Below, piece by piece: positions 13,290 to 24,500 of a DNA stretch of 64,000 nucleotides. The notes under the pieces are model-generated. The model was not told where the DNA came from. It saw only the letters and a list, made by a program, of their open reading frames with translations, and did not search any database. The stretch covers positions 32,118,001-32,182,000 of the forward strand of contig NC_045696.1 in the NCBI RefSeq assembly GCF_009834535.1, given 5' to 3'. The position numbers and the translations under genes are program-made. The DNA comes from Camelus ferus. Lineage: Eukaryota. Numbering within the stretch: the stretch's first letter is position 1; every line of letters begins with the position of its first letter.

Positions 13290-13565
13290 CTTCACAACAT
13301 CCTTACTAGATCCTTAACCTAAAATACTTTTCCCTTCCTTTTCCACTGGATGAGCCTCCAAATCACCCTGCTTCTCGGTTCTACCATTGCATGTTGTGTG
13401 TACCCCTACTATAACTGTTGCCCCACAGCATTGGAATTATTCCAATGTGCTTTTGTCTCATTGTTCTTTGAATTCTGTTAAGGCAGAGGCCATGACTTAT
13501 TCATCAATATATATTCACTGTGTCTACATCCTGTAGTAGAGACTCAATAAATATCCATAGAGAAA
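13290..13565 (+). mobile_element. LINE-2 3' end fragment
   Basis: TTAAGGCAGAGGCCATGACTTATTCATC...GTAGTAGAGACTCAATAAATAT resembles the L2 terminus. Confidence 0.6.
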
Positions 13566-15054
13566 AAGAAGTACACATACAAGAGTTCACACCATCTAGT
13601 TTTATCTTAATCCTAAATACAGTGCATTCATTAAGACTCCTGAATTTTATGCTAGACGCTTTTCTTATTTTATTACCTTGTATAGAACCTATTTGACACT
13701 CACTTTTTTTCGAACATCTATTAGAGGAATCATCTTAGCTGCTATGATTTAAATTTCCTATTTTAAAAATAAGTGTTTTACTCTATATGAGATAGCAAAG
13801 GCCATTGAATTGCTGAAATGCTTTCATATTAATTCATAGCATAAGCAAAGTGAGTATTTCTACTAGAAAAGAATTTTGAGTTAAGTGCCATTAACATGGA
13901 TGAAAATTGCAGAACTGTTTGATTTTAAAATGGATTCATATCAGATTCTAGAGGGACATGGCAAAAATTTTACTTAGTTTCTTGTTGCTATTGGCTTTTT
14001 TTATTTGTTTATTTTTTGTGGATATTTTTTTTCTCTCTTTCTTCTTTTTTTTTTTCTTTTTTAGTATCCTGCTTCAGCTAAGAAATCCTCTGTACCATTT
14101 TTACTTATTACCTCAGTAGGATTGAGTTGTAGGATATTTTTTTCCTTTTAATATGTCTTCTGTCTTATCAAAAATGCCTTTTATTTGCGATTTCTCAGGC
14201 AATTTTTCTCTTTCCTTTCTTCCTGAAACAAGGTTGTGTCGACTGCACCAATTTCACGTTTTTGTTGTTTTTCCCTGCCTGCCCTGTCAGTTTTCCCAGT
14301 AGGCTTATTACTAGTTGTATAGATTGGATTCCTTGTTTCACTGAGTCTGGAGGAAAAAGGTCTCCGCCTCTTTCCCTTTACTTGAATTGAATTTTTTTTT
14401 TTAAATTCAAACCACAATTTTATTCAAACCAGGAATATAAAGTATATCTTGCTATTTAGACAATAAATATCATAGCTTTAAACGTGAAGGATAAAAGTTG
14501 TGTAACTTAATGTTTTAACATAGAATAAGTGACAATCTCTCCTAAATAAAGTACACATATGAATATTCTGTGCCATTTAGTTACCTATTTTTATCATTGC
14601 CTTTGTTCTTAATTTAGTGCTCTGTGTTTTAAAATGAGATGCTTGAAATAGCTGTGGTCTCTTTGTTTCATTATACCATTATACCTATTTTCTATGAGCT
14701 TAAGAGTATCTTCACTATCCAGAACAAATCATTTTTTATTCATATTACCAAGAATTTGGGATTTGCTCCTCTAGTCATATAATACACAGGTAGTTAATAG
14801 TTCTAGAAGTTTTTTGTATCACTTCCAAATAAGAAGTACATTAATTTGTCTTTCTCATATTTTGTGTGGCTTAAATATGAAGGTACCAAATACATATTCA
14901 TTTTCACAGCTGTGACACTTTTAAACTTAAGTGATTCAAAAATACAGAACGGGAGTGCTCTAGTGACACATGAGTAAATCCTTTTTTTGTCTAAAGATAT
15001 GAGAAGCACAAATATCTCACAAATTATATGTCATCAAAGGAAAAATACAAATAA

Positions 15055-15295
15055 CAATAACTGTCACTTAATGGTGAACCCTAGGAGTCCAGCACTGTCC
15101 TGTGCTTCCTCTCATTTCATCTTCAGGTAGATTCTTTGAAGTGGCTCATATTCCTTTTCCGATTTGCAGACAGGAAAGGGAATCATGGAGAATTTAAGCC
15201 AGTTGCTCAGGGTGAGGTAACTTTTTAATGTGGAAGTTAGGATTCAAAACCCAGGTCTGTCTGATTCCCAAGACTGTGCACTTAATCATAATCCT
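15055..15295 (-). mobile_element. MIR SINE
   Basis: ATTTGCAGACAGGAAAGGGAATCATGGAGAATTTAAGCCAGTTGCTCAGGG...GGATTCAAAACCCAGGTCTGTCTGATTCC. Confidence 0.75.
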
Positions 15296-15597
15296 CTATT
15301 TCCTATGTAATGACCATTAGTAAATTATTAAAACTTCTGATTATGCATAGGGTGATCTCAGCTTATATGTAACTATTCCACTTCACTGTGTGATCAAAAT
15401 AAATTGATGTTATATCCTTATCTACATAACAAGTTATATAAGCCAAATTATAAAGCCAATTATGAGATATTAATATAGATTTGTAGTTGGTTAAATAAGG
15501 GATGCTATTATACAGTATTATAGTGTTTTTCTTTTTAACTGTTTACTAATATTTAGAGTTACTAATGGAAAAACATTAACTAACTAAACCATTATTT

Positions 15598-15699
15598 TTT
15601 TTATTTTGTATTTATTATTTTTAATGGAGGTACTGAGAATTGAACCTAGGACCTTGTGCATGCTAAGCATTCACTACCACTGAGCTATTATCTTCCCCC
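15598..15699 (-). mobile_element. tRNA-Ala-derived camelid SINE (vic-1-like), short form
   Basis: Reverse complement reads GGGGGAAGATAATAGCTCAGTGGTAGTGAATGCTTAGCATGCACAAGGTCCTAGGTTCAATTCTCAGTACCTCCA plus an A-rich tail. Exact TSD TAAACCATTATTT (15585-15597 / 15700-15712). Confidence 0.92.
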
Positions 15700-18269
15700 T
15701 AAACCATTATTTAAAAAAGACCCAAAACACTAAAAACTGAAACAACTAAGTAAAGGAAGTAATTTCTGCGTTTGAGTGTACATGTATATTTATTTGATTC
15801 AGAAGGAAAATTTGGTTAATATGTAACATACAATAGGTTTATTGAAAATCATGTGAATATTCATGGAAACATGAAATCCAGTAAGTGGGTAAGGTATGAA
15901 TATGTTTTAGTTGAAGTTTTCTTTTTCTTACTTGTTTCATTAAATATAAATCTAGACGAATGTCATTCAGAGTTGAAAAAAACAGTATTTAAGCCAGGTA
16001 TTTCTATAGCTAATTAAAACTAACTTGGTCTTTGTCAATTGAGACTGAAAAAAATAATTACACTACTTAACATTCCTTATTCAGTTCATCTTTTCAAAGT
16101 ACAGAAATTCAGTGATCTGTAAAACCATGAGGTAATTTTTATCCAAGTGAAACAAGCTTCTTTCATGTTTCAGTTGAGTCAGTTAAATTATTTTTGGTTT
16201 ATGTTAATTGGAATATAACTTTTGACTGTGTTCTTGAGGTTCTTAGCAGGTTAACCGAGGCCATGTAGAAGTAGTTACAGTCAAGAAACTTACTGATTCA
16301 AATGTCAAAATCATGGAAAGTTTGGAGACATACTTTATTTAAGCATGGTTTAGTTTAAGTTCAGAGAAATCATATTCTTTACTCACTAGGGTCATTTGTT
16401 CTTTTTTCCATGGGGAAATGTTAGAAAATACTGCCCCTATTAAACAAAAGATAGCTCACTTAGTAAGATACATTACTCTAACCTGACAAATTGGGCTTGT
16501 TAGCTTTTGCCCTAGTCATTGTCCTCATGTATGTCCTCTCCTGTTTGCCAGTGAAAAGTCACAAACATTGAACAATGGAGTTAATAATATCTAAGCTCAT
16601 GTAGTGCATTGTTTCACATATTAGTTCCCCTGGTTCTCAAAACATCCCTGCAGAATAAGTATTGTAGAGTATTTCTCCTAAATTTGTTCAAATAGTAAGA
16701 GATGGAATTAGTAGTAAACAAGTTACTCGTTTTTAATGTTTTCACTATACCACGTTTCATAAAACACATTACTTCTGGAATTCCAAAGATGGCAGAGAGC
16801 TTCTGGATCATTGATCTAAACTCTTCTTTAATGGGTTAGAAAAATTAGGTCCATAAAAGTGTAGTGACTTGTTCAAAGATATAAAGGCTTTCTGGCTCCC
16901 AACCTCGTTTACCTTCTTCTCACCTTGCCAACACATTATTCAAAGGCAGTGCTCAAGGACTTTATGGTCAAGCCAGTGAACAATAGAACACTATATAAAT
17001 GGCAGATCTAACTCATTTTATGTCAGTCTCAGACTTGTAAAATCGTAAGTTAAGAGTAAATATTTTCTTTCAGAAGAATTTGCATTATTTTTAAGAGTAA
17101 GTTTTCACAATAGTTTAAGATTTCTTTGTAAATTTTTTTTGATTTCCAAAAGTATTGTCTATTATCTTGTACTAAATATTCATTGTATGAAGTGAAAATC
17201 ACATGTTGTTTTACTTATATGGACAAATTGATTACTTACTCAATATTTAATTGTAAGCCAGTTGCTAAATGAAATACAGAATGATTGTTCATTTAAAAAA
17301 TTAAAATATTTTGCAAATATATTTGTGTGAAAATAATTGCATAGTTTTCAATCTGATTTAAAATATTTCCAATAAAGACAAATAGTTTTCAATTATTTTA
17401 TTTGTTATTTAACTTGATAGTTAATGGAATATGAGATTAATCCTCCTCATAGTTTTATATTTTCATCAAATTATGATAATTTTCCTTTATGTATGTACTA
17501 CTGATCCTCATGATTTATTACATTAAACTAAATTTTAAGAGAAACTGAAAACAAAATGCATCAGTGAAGCATATCTTCTATGTGTACCCCAAAAGGCAAT
17601 GTACCAAAAATTCCAACAGTTCTTGAAAACATTCTTAATTGAATAGAGAAGTTGCCTGGAGGAACTGAGCAACAAGTGACTTATTGTTAGGGCTGGCAAC
17701 ACTTTTTAGAAAGCATTATTTTTTATATTGGGTTGAAATTGTGGTAGGGATATAAGTACATGTTCTACATCAATCTGCTTTGTTGAAAATGGAGATACTT
17801 GGTTTTATCTTAAAGATACTAGTGTGGACATCCTGTAATAAATTTCTTGTAAGCAACTATTTTATATACTGCTTTTAACCAACTTATGGCAATAAGAGAC
17901 TAATCAAATTTAGGCATCTGCTTTTTGCAGGCTCTCTTTCTGTTAGCACATCTTTTTTTTTAGTGTTCTTGATATTTATTCATGTGATGCTTTTAGGACA
18001 CTATTCTTAGCTCCTTTAAAAGAATCTTTTTAGGTAAGTAGGTGGAATAACTGAGAAAGTTCATTGGAATAATTTTTATTATGCTATAAATATATAATTA
18101 TCTTAATAATCATGCTTTATACTTGATTTATGTTCTTTTATATTTCATCATATGTTTTAATAATTCTATGTTTAAAAATGAGCAAATGTATTCTTTACAA
18201 TGGCATTTATTTTGATTTGGAAGTGGAAATGTTGCCAGAATAATGAAGTCTAAGGTTTTCAGATTACTT

Positions 18270-19120
18270 ACCTTAGGCCAGGCACTGTGTTAAGAGCTTT
18301 GCATAAAATATTTTATTCAGTACTCTAATCAAACTTTTGAGGTAGTTATATTGTTGGCATTAGAACAGTCATGTTAGTGATATTGCTCATCACAGTGTGT
18401 CGGTGGCAAAGAGGTTTTGAATCCAGGTCCGCTGACATATCTGCCCAAACCAGTCTTAACTTTAATGTAAATCTCTATCATAAAATTAATTCCCTATAGT
18501 TTCACTAAAAATCCTATTTGTATATAAACATATAGAATGCTCTTTTCTTCTCTTTCAAATCATGTTGCTATTGTGCTCTAAAAATCATACATATTTTTAA
18601 AGGAGACTGATGGAAAAAACATACTCCTTGAGTTGCTAGTGTATGACAGGCACTATGTTAATTATTTACATAGATTTCCCACTTACTCCTCTGTAGCATA
18701 ATCTGAGCTGAATATTGTTGTTCCCACTGTACAAATACGGAAACTTATCCTCAGAGAGTTTAAACATATCAAAGTGAGACACATAACACATGATAGAGGC
18801 CAGATTTAAACTCCGTTCAGAACACCTGTAGCGTCGTCCTTTACATGGAACCAAACCACCTGTGACTGTGACTTTTTCCCTCAACCACTATTCTCAAGAT
18901 GAGGAGAGAATCAATAATGTCTAATAAATATATAACAGCTATCAGGCTTGTAGAAGATAGTATCATTAGTTTTTCTTATTTAATTTCCACAAATACATGT
19001 GATGTAGGCATCATTATTTTCATTTTACCCCTAAGAACACTGAGAATCAGAAAATATATATGATTTATCCAAAGCATAATAGTACCAGTCATTAGCTTTG
19101 TACATAGATGTGTCTAATAT
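18270..19120 (-). mobile_element. Cluster of three degenerate MIR copies (about 18270-18450, 18620-18850, 18930-19120)
   Basis: Repeated antisense MIR motifs: GCCAGGCACTGTGTTAAGAGCTTT, GACAGGCACTATG...ACAAATACGGAAACTTATCCTCAGAGAGTT, GTAGGCATCATTATTTTCATTTTAC...ACTGAGAATCAGA. Confidence 0.65.
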
Positions 19121-20279
19121 CAAAATCTCTGAAAGCCTTGATTTGGGGCCTCTACTTTAATGCAGAGAAAGGCAATTTATTTCAGCATATTCAAGGAGGA
19201 GAACAGAAATCTTGTGCTATTTGGTGTCAGGGTACACAAGACTGGAATACTCACCCATGTAAGAATTAAGAGTTCCATCTCCATGGACAAGTCTGAAGTT
19301 TTCTAACATCAGAGTGAAAACTCATGAAATCAGGAAACAAGGTAAAAATGATCCTCCTGTCACCAATTTCCACACCAGGAGTGTCATAAATTTGTCATCT
19401 CAACTCTTTAAAAACATTTCAAAATTGTTATCCACATCCCTAGAATATGTGTAGTTTATTAATTGGATATTCAAATTTATTCTGTTAGAGTTTTACTTAA
19501 ATATAGTAATTTAAATGTGTTTCAATACTTTTTATAGCATTTATTTTCTTCTTCGCTTATAGATTTTAGACCAAAACTTGGCTACTTATCAGCTAGTTAT
19601 TAAGTAGAATTATACTCTCGTATCTATTTCTGTTTGAAGAACAGAAACTATTTTAGAAGTGTTTTTTTAATATATGGAGGAATGAAATGTGCTTTTGCTT
19701 TTTTCACTCTAATTCAATTTGGTATTAAAGGTTTGCCATTTGACTGGTGTTCTGTGCATATAATAGCGAATTAAACACAATTTATTTAGGTATTTTGGCT
19801 ACTTATTGACTGAATTATTCATCATGCTTGGCATTTTGTCAATCCAAATAAAATTTTTAGTGCAACTGAAACAATGAGTTTCCTATGAGACGGTAGAAGT
19901 TATTTCTTAAGATGGGATGAAGGTCTCTTTGGTGAGGCTCTTTCTCTTAAATGATGTCCATAAAAATAGATGCTAATTGTTTTCTTTCAGTTGACTTACT
20001 TTGCTAAATTTCACAAGGCAAGAAAAGGTGTATCTTGAGCTGTAGGGATCTTGAAAAGAATAGATATCAGTGGTGGCCACAGCCACTCATGTATGGATTC
20101 TGTTAATACCAGTGGGTAGTGGATTCCTCACTTTCATGATAAAGTGAAATATTCATTCAGTGCTAAAGTTTAGTGGGCTTGTATCTTCAGGATTGTCATT
20201 TTTATTCATTTCAGACCTCACTCTTTACATCCATTCTCCACCTGTTTATCTCCCTTCAAACTCTTGGTACTGTGTTCTC

Positions 20280-22325
20280 TGAAAACCTTCTATAACAGTT
20301 AAACTGAATCCTTACCTTGAATTTGACTAGCGAGACTAGCTCTCATCCCAGACTTTCTACAGAACATTGCCTGTATGCTTTCACTTAGCATTTTACATGA
20401 GTGGCAGGGCTGACATTCCACCAGCACTTGTTCATCCTCTTACTCTCATCCTTCTAACTTTAAATCTGGACCCCATGCTAAAGTATTTCCATTATCTGCA
20501 GATGTCACATTATTAACTTTAACGGATTTGTTTTGTTCTCACTTCCTCTGCTCCAGTCCACTTCAGCAACCCACACTTCTGATCCCAGGACGTTATCATT
20601 CCCAGAACTACTTTACTTTACTCTTTCAGACTCCAGGATTCACTCTCTGACTACCTCTCTCTATTCTAATAACACTGCTCCCTTTGTTTCACTTTTTAAA
20701 ACACGTAAACCATTAACTACTCCCTCCTATCCTAGTCATGCCAGTTTAATTCCTTTTTTATTTAACCAGAATCACACAGTGAAACAATCCAGCTTCTCAC
20801 CAGGGCTTTGCATCTCTTTGCTCTGTTCTTCTCATCCCTTATCTGCCCAACAGATGTATCATTAGTTGTAAGACGCTACTAAAGAAAATGGCCAGGCTTT
20901 GCAGATGAGCACATTTATGCATGAATATTGTCCAAACTCAGCTGATTAGTAATCTTTATGGTTGTCAATATTTGGCTCCTTTTCCCACAACTAATCAAAA
21001 TCATTCTCTTTATCCTTAATTTTTGAGACCATCTTTTACTTCCTAAAAATGTAAGAAATTACCATGCCATCTACTTAACAGAGTAAGTCAAACCTTTCAA
21101 ACATGATCTTCTTTAACTTCCTGTGACCTTCCATTTTATTCATATCGCTCTATAATATTCTTCCTTCCTGTCTCAGAGTAAGAGAACACTATTTACAACA
21201 CACACATTTCTTTCCCAGCCAGATCTTCTGTCCTGGATCATCTGCCTCCTCCATGATGTTGGTTTTTGGTTAATTTCTACTCTGAAACTTTCTGTCTCAC
21301 TTCCTCCTTAACAATCTATAAATTCTTTTCAGTTTGCTTATCAATCTGGGTTGCAGCAGAAAACAGATAGTATACTAAAATTAGTTTAATTTGAGTAGAG
21401 CTTCATAAAGGGACTTTTTACAGAGGGGTAGGTAGGATGTAGGGAAAATATAATGGGTAGTAAAGTACCAGGGACTAGTGACAGTGGGGTACTTTACTAT
21501 TCAGAGACTGAAAATGTGAGGGGAGAATGTGGATCCTGAGCTAAGATACAGAGACAGGGCTTCCTGACAGCAGCTAGGGCCTTTGGTTGATAGATGCAGC
21601 AAGTGCCCCATTCACAGATATGGAGCCAGGGCAATAAATACTCAGAACTCAGAACTCTAATCCCTCTCCTTTCTTTGGTCGCCCACCAATGCTTTGTGTT
21701 GATTTAACTCAACATTCAGTAAGAGGACAAGGGAGACAATTGAATTAGTATATCAACCTTGCAGAGCATAGAACATGTTAAAGAAGAATCGAAGATGAGT
21801 CTAAAGGGGGACGTGAAAGACAGTCACCATATCTTAATTGGTTTTCCTTCTCAGCCCTTCTGAACCACTTGCTGATCCCAGAACATAGTGTACTCTTTCG
21901 GGGGACTGTCTGGGTAGTTGCACATGTTCCTCCAGCCCAGATTGATTTTCCTTTTCTTTTCAAGCTCCTGAAATTCATCTTCATTAGCCAATTCAAATGT
22001 TTATTTTTGAATATATTTAATTGTTGCCAGGTAATTAATCACCCCATCCTATTTTCCATTAAATCTTTATATTTCTCCAAAATAGGAATTTTTCCATTTT
22101 ATGATCCTGCAAGTATCTTTACAGCAAAGTCGCCATCTCATTTGTCTTTGTATGTTCTGTACTTACTTATTGCTTGGTTAATGTTAGATAGTCAATAATT
22201 ATGTATCTTATTAATCTGCATGTCATTTGTCTTTCTACCAGTCCTGAGTTCCCTACTGCTACACTAGTGTCATCTATATGCCGAATACAGTTTGTTGTGG
22301 GTAATCTGCTTGAGAAGTAAATGAA
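20280..22325 (+). mobile_element. Long LINE-2 relic (ORF2 endonuclease region to 3' end), split by an ERVL LTR
   Basis: Pyrimidine-rich tract. ORF 20533 contains TSATH, and ATTCACTCTCTGACTAC (IHSL/LSDY) resembles L2 APE motifs (PTSATHSHGHTLD...IPLSDH). An L2-like 3' end lies at 21830-22325. Confidence 0.6.
21335..21830 (-). mobile_element. ERVL solo LTR (LTR41-like)
   Basis: AGCAGAAAACAGATAGTATACTAAAATT...TTTGAGTAGAGCTTCATAAAGGGACTTTTTACAGAGG...AGGATGTAGGGAAA resembles LTR41. It is a purine-rich insert inside the pyrimidine-rich L2. Confidence 0.65.
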
Positions 22326-22974
22326 AAAATGGCTATATTTGAAATGGAAATCACTTTCTAGAAGGTTCAATAGTCCCCAGTTAACTATATGTTATCTTGA
22401 GTTACATACTTTGGAAAGGATGACCTGGAAACAAGGTCACAGAGATAACATTGGCATCAAAGACAATTCAAGGGAATCTGTTGGCAGAGGACCATGTTAC
22501 ATTTTTGGAAAAGCAGCCTTTCTTTTTTCTTTTTTTTTTTTCTTTTTTTTTGCAGTGCTGTTGCAAAAGCACAGAGACAGGGGAAGTTATGTAGGGACAC
22601 TCAGAATTAAAAGAGACAAATTTACCCCTAGAGACACATGCACAATTTACTAAAATTGTGGTGTTATTTTTACAGAGAAATGTGAAGGAAATGATCTAAC
22701 TCAGTATAATTGTTTTGAATTAAAATATATAAATTTAGTCTATGGTGCATTTTTCTCTTTAATGTTATCTATCAATCATGTATGCATTACAGTGAAATAT
22801 TTAGCTCCCCCTCCTAATCCCCCAAGAAGAAGTCTGAATTCTTGTATTGAAACTTGTGCTTGGGTAGCTTCCGCCAAATTGATCGTGTGGAATATCATGC
22901 TTTGACTTTTAGGAATATTTCTCTCACATGGTTTCATTGTTCACATGCTATGCAGGCATTCCTGCATGACTTAC

Positions 22975-23078
22975 CTTGACAGAGAGAGAGAAATAGATTA
23001 AATATGTGTGCTGTGACTTCAGTGCCCTTCTTTGCTGCCCAGTTAAGGAAAGATTGCACATTAACCTTGTCACGGCAT
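22975..23078 (-). other. Candidate 104-nt spliced exon (unverified; probably non-coding)
   Basis: Minus strand: acceptor TGTTCTTTTCTCACAG|ATGCCG and donor TCAAG|GTAAGTC, in sequence with no recognisable repeat. Confidence 0.3.
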
Positions 23079-24329
23079 CTGTGAGAAAAGAACATTTCTT
23101 TTTCTTAATAAAACCTGTCTCAGCTTATTCTCTAATGCTGAGATATTTTCAGTATATGTTCTCTCTCTCTCTCTCCCGCTATCTCTCTCTTTCATAGCTA
23201 TCAGTGTTTTGTATTTGGAAAGGATAAGAAAAAAAAATACTTTCTGTATTTAAATTTGCAGATAAAGAAATGTAGCTGATGTTTTGCTTTTGTTTTTATT
23301 TAAGTCAAATTGAAGGATAAGTCTCTATGCCTATGCGCTATCATTTATGCTTTCTGGGGTGAAAAATTCATGTTGTTTTCACACACAAAAAAGTGAAATT
23401 AACTAGTTGTGGGGACTATATTCTCTAGCTGTCAACAGTAATTAAAAGGCAGTTTTATTCCCTAAACACACATTACATTTCACACTTTCCTGATTGAATT
23501 TTTCTCCCAAGGTGCTCACTGAATGGGAATTTAAAGTTTATTTTTAGGTAGCTCCTTTGTATTTATACTGTTTACTTTCAAACTCTTGGCAACAAGTGTA
23601 ACTAAATGGCAACGTAGAGAATTTTCAACACTAAATAAAGTTGTTATAGGTTTGCTGAAACATATCCAAGACAAGCATTATCCCCTTTCTCTACTCCTCG
23701 AAAATGTTAACACAGAGTCTCTCTATTGTTTCTTGTATTCTGATCATATTTCCTTTATTTCATGATGGGTTTATGATGCTGGGCAAAAGAATTACTGTCA
23801 CAAATAAAATGATAAGGAATAAATTGTCTAAAAAGGGAAGTTTTGTAATGAAGAAAGGAGTGAGACATAAAAGCAGGGGAAAGAATGACAGTTTGAGATT
23901 TTATGGAAGCTTGGAGACCAATTAAACATTAATGAATATGTTGGCTTGTTTGTGGACAAAGGGGAAAGGTAAATTCAATATATCTGTATCAAAAGGAGAA
24001 ATGGCTTAAGTGGTTAGCAATCAAAAGGACCTGTAGATTCACCACATTCAGAATGCCACAAGGCGATTTATGAAACCTATTTTGGATTTTCTTTTATTGT
24101 CTAACTAGAAAGCATTATTGGATATTTCCGTATCTTTCTTTGTATGTGTGCATTTATGCTATGCTAATATTGGTTCCCTGATGGTTCTAGTCATTATACT
24201 TAGGTATTCCATTTTTCTAATAGTAACTCTCCCATAGCCTTCCAATGTTTTTCCTTTAAGATGTCTTTCAGGAAAACATGTGTTCATTGTTTTAATCAAT
24301 CTGAAGTTATAGAATGATTACTGATAATG

Positions 24330-24500
24330 ACCATTTTTGTCTTCCTACTACATACAAGGCACAGTGCTAATCATTCTTCCTGATACATATTACCTATTCC
24401 ATTGACAATAAGGGCTAGATATCACTATTCCTGGTTCACAAATTATGCAAAAAGATAAACATATCTTCAGATAATAAGGATGTTTCAAAATAAAAAGGAT
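24330..24500 (-). mobile_element. MIR fragment
   Basis: CCTACTACATACAAGGCACAGTGCTAA...ATCACTATTCCTGGTTCACAAATTATGCAAA. Confidence 0.5.

Noticed and set aside
18025..18280. AG|GTAAGT matches at 18034 (+) and about 18271 (-)
   Set aside because: This 8-mer is expected a few times by chance. There is no convincing paired exon, and the second abuts a MIR.
19970..20025. Acceptor-like GCTAAT...TTTTCTTTCAG followed by 27 nt and AAG|GCAAGA
   Set aside because: Needs a weak GC donor, and the peptide is not recognised.
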